Source of the DNA: Azolla caroliniana
Taxonomy: Eukaryota; Plantae; Polypodiophyta
DNA length: 64,000 nucleotides
Reading direction: 5' to 3'
NCBI GenBank assembly: GCA_043228905.1
Contig: JBHGNT010000021.1
Location: 1,984,001-2,048,000, forward strand
Shown here one piece after another: positions 1 to 12,250 of this stretch. The notes beneath the pieces were generated by a model. That model saw only the letters and a list, made by a program, of their open reading frames with translations, ran no database searches and was not told the DNA's origin. Each line of letters opens with the position of its first letter. The stretch's first letter is position 1. Position numbers and translations under genes: made by a program.

Positions 1-740
1 CACCTTCACTTATTGGCCGGATTAAAACCGACCAAGCAACTTTTGCAACAACCCTTGATCGTAGCGAAGCACCCCAAATAAAATTATGAACTAAGCATTG
101 TAATTTCAATATAATAGAACGTGAAAATAACCAAGTTGATGCAACATACCACATTGATGCGAGCAAAACCGAGTTTTCCACAACTACCCTTCCCGGTAAA
201 GACAAATTAGTTCTATCCCAATACAACAATTTATTTCTAATCTGTAACAAATGGGGTGTTACCATATCTTTTGCTGACAATTCTATCCCCGCTTGACAAC
301 CCAAATACCTTACTGCTATACCTCGAGGTACCCAAATAAAACCTGGAGTTGGCACATCTTGTGGAGGAGAGGAAAACGTGACCAAAAATCCCATGGACTT
401 GTCCCAATTAATCAAAGCTCCTGAAGCATCACAAAAATATGTTACCGCTTGTTGAAGATTCAACAAGTTCTCCTTTTTTGCAGAAACATATAAAGCGGTG
501 TCATTAGCAAATTTTGAATAAACAGTCATGGTTGCATATCCTTGTATAGGTAAGGCTATACCACGAATATCGACATTCCTACTCCTAAGGTAATCAGAAA
601 AAACTTCAGAGACTAAAATAAACAAAAAGGGAGCCATTAGATACCCTTGGCTTACTAATCGCGAAATTGAAAATCTACAGCCAACATCACTTGCAAATAA
701 AAGAGAACTATGAGCGGTTCTATACAAAGTTGCGACATCC
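1..740 (-). mobile_element. L1-type LINE reverse transcriptase remnant, running off the window start
   Basis: Minus-strand translation gives RT segments: QGYLMAPFLFILVSE, FANDTALY (decayed FADD), ASGALINWDKS, LSLPGRVVVENSVLLASMWY, NFIWG, KVAWSVLIRPISEG. The frame is interrupted by stops. Confidence 0.8.
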
Positions 741-822
741 CTTGTTTATCCTGGGCAAGACTAGCCACAAACACAAGGTGTCCTTCCAAATCACTTCACC
801 AAAAGGGTGGTTACGGGTAGGA

Positions 823-1203
823 TGTTAACCGACACAGATATGATTCTAATACGACTACTTCCAGATCGGTTCCCGGAATGACAATATATCACCGATTGAT
901 TAACACGCGTAATATATAAATCAAGCACAGACGGTAGTAGACAAGATACACAATAGTTAAATCCAAATTCAACTTATATTACTTTCGTGCTCATTACATT
1001 GCTTTTTGGATCCTTTTATAGGCATCAGGTTCTGATTACAAAACCGTGTCATACCGGCAACCGGCTACGAATCTGTCTGGATCCAGATCGGTGCAACTAT
1101 TCCGAATCCACCTGTTCCTATTATAATTATAACTCATTAACAATCTAATACTAATATCCGTTCCCGACTCGTCCCCCACTTGTCCTCCACACTTTGGCCA
1201 ACA
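823..1203 (-). repeat. LTR of the Gypsy element (~381 bp)
   Basis: TGTTAACC...GGCCAACA termini. The right boundary is fixed by identity with 6140-6241; the left boundary is inferred from the terminal inverted motif only. Confidence 0.7.
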
Positions 1204-1632
1204 CATGGCACACCTATGGGACAATACATTGTACGTCGAACCCACAGGTTAGCTCCGTCAATCCTCTTCAAAAATGTCCAATATGCTCTGGTCCAGGGGT
1301 TCAAGCGGTACTTCACTCTGTTACTCTTGTTGCTCCTACTGATCTGGCTCCTGCTACTCGTTCTGTTGCTCTCTGACTTCTTTCGGCTGAGGTATGTCCG
1401 TTTTTGCATTGGCTTTGGCAATCTCTCTGTCTTCGGTTCCCGCTCGCTGCTCCGACCCGACCGCTTCGTTCTGGTCCGCACCGACTTCCCTTGGTTGTTC
1501 TCCTTCGGATTCATTTGGCGGCTCCTGCTACTACGGTTGTGGTTCCACAGACTACTCCTCATCATTTATGTTTATTGTCGCCGTTCTTCTTTCCGCTTCC
1601 AGTCGTCAGTGTTCCCGTTCGTATCGATCAAA

Positions 1633-4055
1633 CTAAAGTTGCATTCCAAGTTGATCATCATCAAGACTTTCAATCAGCCTCCAGACGGCTTCAAGGTGAG
1701 TTTCGGCCAAGGAAAAGAAGTCATACGACAATTCCTCCCAAATGATCACTATACTCTCTTCGTCCATCTTGTAGAAATTGTCACCAGCCTTCTTTTGGTT
1801 TTCCGCATCGGCTCGAAGGATCTGGAGTTCTGTAGCTTGCTGCGACCATTCATTCCACACGGTTGCTGAATAGTCATCAATGTTTGTCTTTGTCTGGTCC
1901 TTCCATGCCGTGACTATCACTCGAATCCGTTCCACACCGAGCTTTATACTGTCCTCTACAACCTGCTTCTCGTCCTTCATCTTCTTGATAAGGGCGGCAA
2001 TGGCTTGTGCTTGCACTTCATAATCCAGCAACTTGGTTTGGTAGGTCGTTTGAACCTTATCCAAAGCCATTTTTGCCCGTTCTATTTCGTCATAGTGCTT
2101 TGCAGTGAGTTGTGTTATTTCCCTTGCTGCTTCTTCCAACATCTTCACCGTTGAGACAACCGTCCTTTGTTCTTCCACCAACGCATCTGTTTTCTTTGTC
2201 AGTTCCGTCTGTACTTCCTTCAATTTCTCTTGTTGCCGATCAAAATCCGACCCCAGGTTCTTGTGTTCCGCTTCAAGCTACTTATTGTGTCGGTGTAGCT
2301 TTTCGAAGTCCTCTGTTTTTTGCTTTAGTCGCCGGTTTACTTGAGAGCATGCCTGGTCTCCTCTCTCCTTTTGTTGCCATATTTCTTCTTTTAGCTGTTC
2401 TATTTCCGTTTCCATCATTCTTCGGAGCTTGTCTTTTTCCTGCAACAACTTCTCTCTTTCCTCCTTCAACCGGTCGTCGTTCAAATGACTCTTCCAGAGA
2501 CTTTCTTCCATTTTCCTTCTTTCTTCTTCGGTTGTTTTCTTTTGTTCCCTTTCTCTTTCTCTTAATACTTCTTGAGCGGCTAGTTCCTCCCTTAGTGTTA
2601 GCATTTCTTGTTCCTGCTCCGCATCTTCCTCCGGGGATTTGCCGTCCTCCGGTTGTGCATCCATTTCTGGAGCTTCCTTCTGTAGGTTAGCCGGTGGTGC
2701 TAGCTCCGTTGGTTCACTTGTGCTCTGGCCCATACTGGCCATGATGAACATGAATTCTTTAGCCCTCTTTAGCTCTTCTTCCAGGCTTTGGATCTACACT
2801 CGAGCCTTCTCTAATTCTTCAGTTATGGCTAGCAATCGTTTCACCTAATCTCCTGGTTGCCGTTGTTCATCATCCATCTGGTCAGCCACACCGGATACTT
2901 GCTCTCCGAGCCACTTTAAGCACTGGCGGTAGGTTCCGTGTTGTGTTAAGGAAACAAACTGTTGCACTGGCTCCGGTCTCGGGTCGTGTTCCTCCCTGAG
3001 CCATTGGGTCAGTGGTTCTTCTTCTGGTGTTCGCTCTGGACGACGTTCCTCGTGTTGTTGCGCTTGAAGACCCGCTGAGGTGAGTCGTTCTGTAACCGGT
3101 TCCTACTGAACCATTGTCACCGCTTCTGGTCTTCTTACCGATATTTCCTCTGTCTTGGGTTCCACCACGCTGAGCGGGTCTTCGGGGTACTGTCCTGCTC
3201 CTGATCCGATCCTTCCTCCTGCTGCTCATTGTCGCACTTCCTTGGGCGACGCTGAAGGATTTCGACTAGTTCTTCTTCATCCCCTTCCTCCGCAGTTTCC
3301 TGGTTCACCCTCCGGACCAGGTTGTCCGTATCCCTGTCATGCCAGCGCAGCTTGATTTTAATTGGTTTGGTTGTTTTCATCGGAACTGGCTCCACCAACT
3401 CCTGTCTTTGGGTCGTTTGTACTTCTTCCTGTTGAGACGAGTCCCCTATCGTCCATCTGGGGGCGTGCTTTGATAGGAGATGCTGCCATTTGGATTATTT
3501 ATTCAGTGTGATTTCCAATCGGGCTCGCTTCTTCGACTTGATGGCGCGTGTTGGGGGTACTAATAATGTTACCCACTGTGCTAACCTGCACCATGCTTTC
3601 TTCCCGTCCACTATGGACGCGATGCCTATCTATAAAGAATCAACTACAATCACTGGCTAATCCACCTTGAGGCCTTTGAATGTTGCTATACTAAATCCGG
3701 CCTTGTTTTTTGGCATGGTTGGTGGTCGGGGATGCACGAATCCGTATTCCAATAAAACGTGAACCACCTCCCTGAACAGGGGATCCTCGCCACCTTCTGT
3801 TCGGTATGCTTTGCTGGCGATGGAGTACTCTCTGAAGTATTCGATCAGGATTACTGTGGAGGGGTTTTCAATGGAACACATTCCTCCGGCAGGAAATCCG
3901 ATGAGAGCCTGCACCGTGGCTTCAGAGATTTCGTCGAGGTCGATTGTTGATACGACCTTCTCCGGTCCTTCATGTGGTGGTGCATCCGCTGCCCGGGGGA
4001 ATCCTTCCAATCTGTGCTTCCTGAGCCAGTCTCGGGCAGCGGTCGAGAGTGCCAT
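1633..4055 (-). pseudogene. Fragmented accessory ORF of the Gypsy element with a long E/K/R/Q-rich coiled-coil region
   Basis: Collinear minus-strand ORFs at 3657-4055, 3135-3398, 2278-2751 and 1633-2223. The first two share a frame, as do the last two. They lie between integrase and LTR and have heptad-like composition. Confidence 0.6.
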
Positions 4056-4499
4056 TGGTCTTGTATCTTCTTCTTCAGCTTGGTTGTTGTTGGTGAATGC
4101 TTGGGCTTTGTTGATCGCTTGTGCTCGTCTGGAAGCTTGTGTGCTCTGTTTCGCTCTCGAGATCTTGCATTTGTGAAATGAGACTCCTTCGTTCGTCTGA
4201 AAGTTTTGTGCCCCTTTATTTCGCCCGCCTCTTCTTGATTCCCCGCATGCACGTCGTGTACAATAATAGCATTATGACTCCGCGTGGTGCGCTTTAAATG
4301 GGCCGATGTTACACCTTTTCATTGTGGCCGTTCAAAATCTCGAATAGTATTTCTTATTATTATTTTATTTTATTGTATTTATTTATTTATTTATTTCCCC
4401 CCATGCAACTTTGGCATGATATCTTTCTTTCTTTCTTTTTTGTCATACGGCCTAAAGTATCTCGCCGTACCGAGTGCCGTTAGGTCATTCTTTGGTGTC

Positions 4500-6140
4500 T
4501 AGCTGAACCGGCTCCGTTGTCGACGGAAGTTCTCCGGTCACGATGTCTTCTCCGGTTTTTTGGTTTTGCCGTTCCTCCGGTTCTTGGAATGGGTTCTCCG
4601 GCATCGGGCCTTTGTACGGTTTTAGGTGGAACCTGTTAACCCATTTGTTCAGTATCTACCCGGCCAACATGCCAAGTTCGTAAGACCCATTGAACTCCTT
4701 TGTAATCCAGAATGGTCCGGTCCACCGGAACCGCAACTTCCCGGTCATGCTGCCCATCCGGGTCTAGAATACCAATACCGACGTTCCGATGCCAAAATCC
4801 TTCTCATTGTGGCGCCTACACCGGTCCATGAAGGCTTTCTGTCGCCTTTGCTCCAACTCCAATTGCAACAGGCAAGCTATCCAGTTTTGCCAACCGGATC
4901 TTTTCAGACTCCTTTTCACTCAATCACTCCCGGACCTAGATTCATAAGCTGGGAATCTAGAACTCCATAGGCATGACGACCTCTAGCCCGAATGCCAATC
5001 GGAACAATGTCGTCCGGATACTCGTTTTATACGTCGTCCGATAAGCCCATAATGCGTTGTGTAATTTGGTGTCCCAGTCTGTCTAGTTTTGATTTACGAT
5101 TTACCGGAGAATGTTCTGGAGCGTCTTGTTTATTGATTCCACCAATCCGTTCGCCTGCGGATAGTATGGCGTACTGAGTTTATGAACTACCGCATAAAAT
5201 GTTGTTAGGCTTTCCACAATGTGACCGAGGAAATGTCCTCCTTGGTCGCTGATCAGCTCAATCAGACATCTGTACCGGCACCATATATACTCATACAAAA
5301 ATTTCGTTGTCAATGCCGCGGTGTTGTCCCAGAGCGCTTTTGCTTCCACCCATTTTGTACAATTGTCAGTGGCTACAATGATGTACCGGTTTCCTGTGCG
5401 CAATGCCAGTGGCTTAAATGGTCCCACGAAGTGTAGCCCCCACTTTTGAAACGGTTCTAATGGCAATACCGGTTGATGGGGCATCCGAGCCTCTTCTGTT
5501 CATTGGCCCAACCATTGGCAGAGATCGCACTCTTTACAATACTGGACCGCATCCTTGAGGGTTGTTGGCCACCATAACCCGATGCGCCAGATTTTCCAGG
5601 CGGTGGCGTCCCCAGCATAATGGCCACCGGCAACTCCGCAATGGGCCTCTCGTAAGATCGCTCTCTTTTCGTCACTCCTTACTATGTGTTGCCATATCTC
5701 GTCGGCTCCTTTGTGGTACAAGATGTCTTGTATCAAACGAAAATGGCGACTTTGGACTGCCAAGCGTTTCCGTTCGTCCCGGTTCAACTCTTCTAGAGGT
5801 AGTCTGGTACACAGGAACTGATGCATATCGGTGAGCCATTTATCCTCACCGGCCACTATCTCATCCACCGTTGTTTCCGCGGTAACCTTGAATAGCCTGG
5901 CATCCGGGAACTCATCCCGAACTCCATCCCCTACTTCTCTAGATTCCAGCCGACTCAAGTAGTCTGCCATCGCGTGTTGTACTCCTGGTCGGTGGTATAT
6001 ATCTCGAACTCGAACTCCTACAGTAGTAGTGCCCACCATGCTAATTTACCGGTTAATGACGCCTTGGATGCCAAATAGATTAGCGTTGAGTGGTCCACAT
6101 GGAATGAAAACTTGCGTCCTAATAGATAATGGCGGTACTC
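4500..6140 (-). pseudogene. Gypsy pol remnant: RNase H C-terminus plus integrase
   Basis: YRHYLLGRKFSFHVDH and ADYLSRL (RNase H); HCGVAGGH...CKECDLC (integrase zinc finger); PFQKWGLHFVGPF, ISDQGGHF and YYPQANGLVE (core); KLRFRWTGPF (GPY/F). Contains frameshifts and stops. Confidence 0.9.
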
Positions 6141-6930
6141 CGGATCCATCCGTTCTTATTATAATTATAACTCATTAACAATCTAATACTAATATCCGTT
6201 CCTGGCTCATCCCCCACTTGTCCTCCACACTCTGGCCAACAACTCTAATCCTTAATGTTAAGATATCATACTATTGGGTGTCAAGCAAATGCACAACAAA
6301 GGGCACTTAAATTATGTGCATGTATGCAGGATAAAGAGAGAGATAGACACTACAAAAGGTTACCAAAAACAATATAGTAGCAAAATGGAGAACGATTATC
6401 CAATGATAAAACTACAAATAAACCAAATTCTAAATCAAGTTTGAATCAACAAAATTTAACACAAGATACTTGACTTGTATTGTTTCTTTTTTTAGTTCAT
6501 TTTGATCATTTCCCCCCATTTTGCTAAATGACGTAAGAACAAAATCATCAAACCTTGACAAACATTTATCTCATAAAAATGTTACAATGAAGGCTTAAAT
6601 TTTCTTTGGATCACCAAAAAGTCTTATATTTATTTTAAACAATATTGAGTAATTCTTTTTTGTAGAAATCTAGGAATCGACCCTTGTCTTTATGCTCTCT
6701 ATCCTCTTTTTGTAGACATCCGGTCTTAGGATTCAAGATTTAAAGCTGCTTCTCTAACCCCTTAATCCCTCATTAAAGCAAAGAGAGATAAGGCTAACAA
6801 TAAATAAGTCAAACCCTAATCTCCTCGTCTTGTATGGTGTTAAACCTCTTTGTAATAAGAAGTGGTGTGTTATTCATTTATATATCTTCTTTGTCCTTGC
6901 ATTTATGTCTATCTATGAGAGAGAGTAAAA

Positions 6931-6990
<60 letters not shown>
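6931..6990. repeat. Compound (TG)n(AG)n microsatellite
   Basis: Directly visible. Confidence 0.95.
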
Positions 6991-6994
<4 letters not shown>

Positions 6995-8407
6995 AGCACT
7001 AATCATCAAGCCAAGTAAGCTAGTAGCTCAAAGGTGTTCGAAGCCACCTTTGGAAGGCACAACTTCATCGATTATAGACATTTTTCGATGAAGCACACGA
7101 AAATGACACATCTATTTCGTGCTGCTGCAAGGGATATGACCGATGCTAGAAACTATTGAAAAGCTTTCTACACGTAGTTGACTTAACATAGGAATAAGAA
7201 GGTGAAACTTTTCTTGTGTTTTTTAGTTTCTTTCCCCCCAAAAAAGAAGCTACTTTCCCATCACTTAGGAGAGATTATTAACAAAAGAGTATACAAGGTG
7301 GCTTATACATCAATCGGGGAATCACCCTCCGACCGAGTTCAAGAACATGAGACTACGCACATTTCCTTTCAAATTGACTACTTAATGTAAGTAGGTACCT
7401 ATAGCTATAAAATAGTGCCCTTCATCACCGGCTAGTACGAGCCGGATCTTGTGGCCTACAACGAAGGGAGGGTGAGTAGGAAACAACAAGCATGGGGGAT
7501 AGTAGTCCCACCTCTGGGCGTTTCCTCCTTGCGTCACCATCAGCGTGTTCCGCCATTTGTGCCAAAAGCGCAAACGGGTAATGATCACATCATTGGAGTG
7601 GCCGCAAACCTCATCCGATTGCCCTCGTAGGCAGCTGATAATTGTGAACCATATATCCACAATCAATTCCTCTGGGGGGCATCTTGTGTTTTTTAGTTAG
7701 TTATGTTAAGTTAGTTATCATAGTATTTTAGTCTTTTTACTCCTTATTTTTTTCTTTTTCCCTTAGTATTTGTGTTCACGTACTTTTCTTTATGTCTTTC
7801 CTTAATAGGTTTTCTATGACATGATTAACACTAATCGTCAGCCCTAATCACCCAAAAAGTTTAAGTTTTTTTCTTTCCTCCCTTTTTTCCTATTGTCGAC
7901 ACTTATTTCAAATTTTTGGGCATCAAAATTCAAAAACAAGGTCACCAAACACTGATTGTCTGCGTTCCAAAAAATAATCATTATTCATGTCCCCCGAGTT
8001 CTCATCCTTTGAGCATTCACGTCCCAAAGAAGAAAGTTTTTCGCGTCCTCCGAGCATTTATGTCCCTCGAGTTCGCATCCTACAAACAAAAAAGTTTGTT
8101 CCTATACCTCCTAGTGTTCAATAAAATTATATTAAGTAAAACTCATTACACATACACTTAATATAATAGAAAAATAGATACAAATATAACCAAAAAGGAA
8201 ACAGTCAAAACTAGCCAAAATTGAGCCAATTCCTTCAAGCTCCATACCATCACCTCCATTGAAACAACTTGCGCTTACTCAAATGCTAAGGCGAGCATCT
8301 CAAACCCAATTACAACCCTTAAGGAAGAATAGTTGGTCAATTGGGTTCCATTTGATCCCTCGTCAGGCAAGGTTTGTTAGGAAGTCCACAATGACATAAT
8401 CTAAATA

Positions 8408-9594
8408 TGTCACAATGTCTTAGGCGAGGGTTTGGAACCATATGCTAGCTTCATAATCTTGCCTAAGACCAAATGTTACCACCTTCGTGGCTTCAACTAT
8501 TGTTTCATATGCTTCGCTTAGTTGCTTGAACTGCTCGACATGATCATATGGATCCCAAATCCGATGAAACGGGGGGCCAACTTCAAAATTGCGGCACGTT
8601 GTCGTGAAGTTGAGGCTTCACAATGTCAAAACAATGTCAAAAATCTATAGAAAGACATTTCCCATCTGGAGCTTATGACGAGGAGCATGTAGGAATTTTC
8701 GGTTCGTAAATTAGAGTTTAGAAGCCCAAGGTACAACCTTTGGAAGTAGTAATGCTACTCGGGATACAAATGTAACTATGTCAAAAGGGGGATTCGAAAT
8801 TAAATAAGAGCGATTTTGTAATTTCTCAAATGTACAATTACAAAATCGAATTTGTAAAATCTATCAATAAATAATAAATAACCGCCTACATGAGGCGGTT
8901 TGTCAACCACCTCAAGAGGGTGGTAGGGCGGTTGACCCCCCTATAAATGCCATCCCCATGGTGGTAAAAGGGAAGGGGAGAAGAGGAGAAAGTCGTCTCG
9001 TTATGGTACATCCAGGTTAGATTGTAACGGAGGCAAGGGAGACCCTCCCATCCTACAAATTTAAAGAAGCTCGCGTGGCCCAAGAAGATGATGACCTGTA
9101 TAACCAAGACAAAAGATAAAGAAAAGGAAAGGAAGGAGTTGAAGTAGTTTATTTCAAACGCATCTTCATAGATAAAAGGTTGATAGTTCGAATTTTGTCA
9201 AGATCAGTTCTTTTGATAAACAAATTTTGTAAGATAAATTTAGTGATTATAAAGTAAAAGAGAGTTAAAGTTGAAGTGGTATGTCTCCAACATCTTTTCG
9301 TAAAAAAAGGTTGTGAGTTCATGTCCTTTGAAAGTAACTTTCTTTTGGTAAACAAGTTTTGTAACAATATGAAGAGAAAAGTGTTGACGTGGTTGATTTA
9401 ATAAGCCTTACTTCTAAGAAAGGAGAAGAGTTGAGTTCAAGTCTTGCCAAGTAACTTTTGGCAAATAAATATTGTAAGTGGGTTGTTTTACAAGTAAAAT
9501 TCTTTTTGCCGCATCTATCTTGCCTTCTCGCCTTCTTGTCCTCGCACCATCATCCCAATCATCCCCAAGTCATAGAACCCCGACGGTTGTGACA
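8408..9594 (+). mobile_element. Putative solo or orphan LTR (~1.19 kb)
   Basis: Termini TGTCACAA...TTGTGACA form an 8-bp inverted repeat, with CTATAAAT at ~8941. No matching 5-bp TSD, so the boundaries are tentative. Confidence 0.4.
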
Positions 9595-9599
9595 TACAA

Positions 9600-10572
9600 C
9601 CACAATCTTTATGAGAATGCGGTATTGTTCCTCTCTTAATGCATGGAATGAGATTGAGAAAATTCAAAAGATGATTTTAAGGAGGCAATTAGGAGTTAAA
9701 TGCACTACCTCTTACCAGATTATGCTCTTGGAAATAGGTGTTTGACCCATAGAAATATTGGCGCTCCAAAGAGTATATAAATACATTGCAAAATTCAAGA
9801 ATATGCTAAATCATCGATTACCACATATTGATTGGAATGTTGGATGTATGCTACAAAAGAATCATAAGAGTAAGATTCACTCATCCGGTTGGGTTGTTGA
9901 CATAAGGAAATCGTTTAGAAGATGGGGTGTGGATGATCTTTTCGAGATTTTGGGCAATGTTATGCATTATGTAATGGTTGAGGAAAGGTCAGTGGAATCA
10001 TTAAGGATAAAGTGGGAAGATGCTAAGAGGACAAAGCTAGAATACTACATTGCAAATGTCAACCCTGAATGTTGGTCTCGACATAAAGCAAGAATGCCTA
10101 TTGATCGTATCTAACCTTATCTCATTACCAATATGAGTAGTAATGCTCGTAGAGCCCTTACACTACTTCGCACTCAATCTCACAAGTTAGGTATTGAAGT
10201 TGCATCATGGTATCAAAATGTAACGAATTTGAAGACATGTAAAGTATGCAATGAAGGCATGGTAGAGGATGAATGTCACTTGCTCTTCACATGCTTGACA
10301 TATAGTGCAATTCGTTCAAGATATGTTGACATACTAAGAGGTAGTGATAACTTAAGTGTCATACTTAAGACACCACCAAGAAGGTTGAGCTCATATGTGT
10401 ATGCTTTATTCACATATAGAGACTTTGTGCTTCAATGTATGAATACCCATTCTTAGGAAGGAGACACGTATCAAGAACACATGTATACTCTGGTTCCATA
10501 GGTCAAAATTGGCCTCTTTATGGACAATGAAAATTCTAATTCTAATTCTCTCTCTCTCTCTCTCTCTCTCTC
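9600..10572 (+). mobile_element. 5'-truncated LINE (RTE-X/CR1-like ORF2 C-terminus, 3' UTR and microsatellite tail)
   Basis: WNEIEKIQKMILRRQLGVK...YQIMLLE, then LRTQSHKLGIE and the CKVC...VEDECHLLFTC zinc-finger motif (ORF 10133-10456). Ends in (ATTCTA)n followed by (CT)n. Confidence 0.8.
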
Positions 10573-12250
10573 GTATGTGTTGTGTGTGCCTCAATTAATT
10601 GTAGTGTGCTTAATGTCGTCACTTATAATCCATTTATTTATGTATGTATCTAACGCTTAATCGTATTAAGGCATTAACGAGTTTCTTAATAAAGTTACTA
10701 CTAATAAGAGTGGTGAGCAAAAGTTTGCAATGTGAAGGTACATGAAGTCCGTGGCTCAAGGGTGATTGATAACCTTCCTTGCTCGATCCACCATCATTAG
10801 GGTATCTGATGGTCCAAATCTTGGCATACATTATCAACTTAGAGGTACAACTCTATTAATACACATGTGCACTTTGTGTGCGAACACCTTGAGCCGATAT
10901 AGTTCTTGACTAATAATGATACCATTAAAAATGGTTGATTTGAAATAAGTAAAGCTTTCTAATTGCAGGTAGATATAGAAAGTTGGAAGTCCTTGACCTT
11001 GTAAATCATGCAACGAAATGGAATCGGTGTTGGCCCACCTTAGACACAACAACAAACAATATTCTCATGCAATTATACAAGCCAAAGTGGTATTGGCCTA
11101 TCTATCATGTTAGCCAGGATTTGCCAAATGTCAAATGCAAATACTCTATGTGGAGTAAAAAGCTCGCCGAATGGTGTATAGTGTGAACAAGTTCCATTGT
11201 TATCTATTAGTGTAGAACAATTTGTTTCATTTCTACCATTTCTACCTTGCTTTAAATGGAAGCTTGCATGGTGGATTTTAATTCTCTGACAGTTTGAGCC
11301 TATCCCAAGTTGTCTAGTGAATGCGAGCCACGTACCCCGGAGGATCCATCCTATCTATCTCTATCCCACATATCGAAGCAAGATATTGTGCATGTTAAAA
11401 GGAACGATTTTCAATAAAGCACGTATCTTGGAAAGCACCAATATTTAAAGAAAAAATAGTTTGATAAAAAGTGTCAACAGAATCAAAACGAATTGATGAT
11501 TGTAGACATGGTCAAAGATAACGAAAACTGTCACAACTAAACGTATCGACATACATGCAAATTATTTTTCAAAAAAGAAAAGAAGAATATCAAAGTTAAT
11601 TATCCAAATTTAGGAAACCTAAAGATATACCATCTTAAGAGCTAGGGTAGCTTGACAGTAATAGAGTTTTGTGCATTATTAAAACCTACGATACGATGGC
11701 AATATGAACTTTGTGTTAATCAAAATGATGATTTCTTTCACTCGCCATCCACATCTGAATATGTACTATGTGTGTGTATTTCATAGAATTTTTGTTACTT
11801 TTTTAGGGCTTCTGATGCAAAGTTTAGTATCATATGTGTCATCTCTCATAGAAGAAAACATTTCTTACACCACTCACTCACCAGATAAATTTATATTATA
11901 TGCTTTTGACAAACGCCTATTTACATTGATCTTATATGCCTACATTTTTGCACTTAAACACACAAGACACATACACAAATTGTTGCTTGCCTTTCATGGT
12001 ATCAATCATGGCTTACATTTTTTAAATATATGTCTTATGGGACATATGTCTTTTCATTTCTCTACCCTTTATGCTCTAACAAAAATATTCAAAACTTGTC
12101 ACACTGACAACTATTCATACGTGAATAAATGGATACACATATGTATATATAACTCCCTAAAGATGCTATGTGAAAACAACTCACCTTCTCTTTTCTCAAC
12201 TCTCATTCCAATCCAACAATCCATCCCCAACACCCTTCAATCCTTCTTTA

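Larger units (their letters stand above)
823..6241 (-). mobile_element. Internally deleted Ty3/Gypsy LTR retrotransposon (non-chromovirus-like) with an extra coiled-coil ORF
   Basis: LTR 823-1203 has TGTT...AACA termini and a minus-strand TATA (CCTATAAAAGG near 1012-1022). Its last ~100 bp recur at ~6140-6241, ending in GGCCAACA. Minus-strand pol remnant lies at ~4500-6140. gag, PR and RT are missing. No TSD found. Confidence 0.85.

Noticed and set aside
1180-2690. Hydrophobic + strand ORFs (229 aa and 192 aa) that look like membrane or env proteins
   Set aside because: They are antisense shadows of purine-rich (E/K/R) minus-strand sequence in the Gypsy element. The Leu/Phe richness is compositional.
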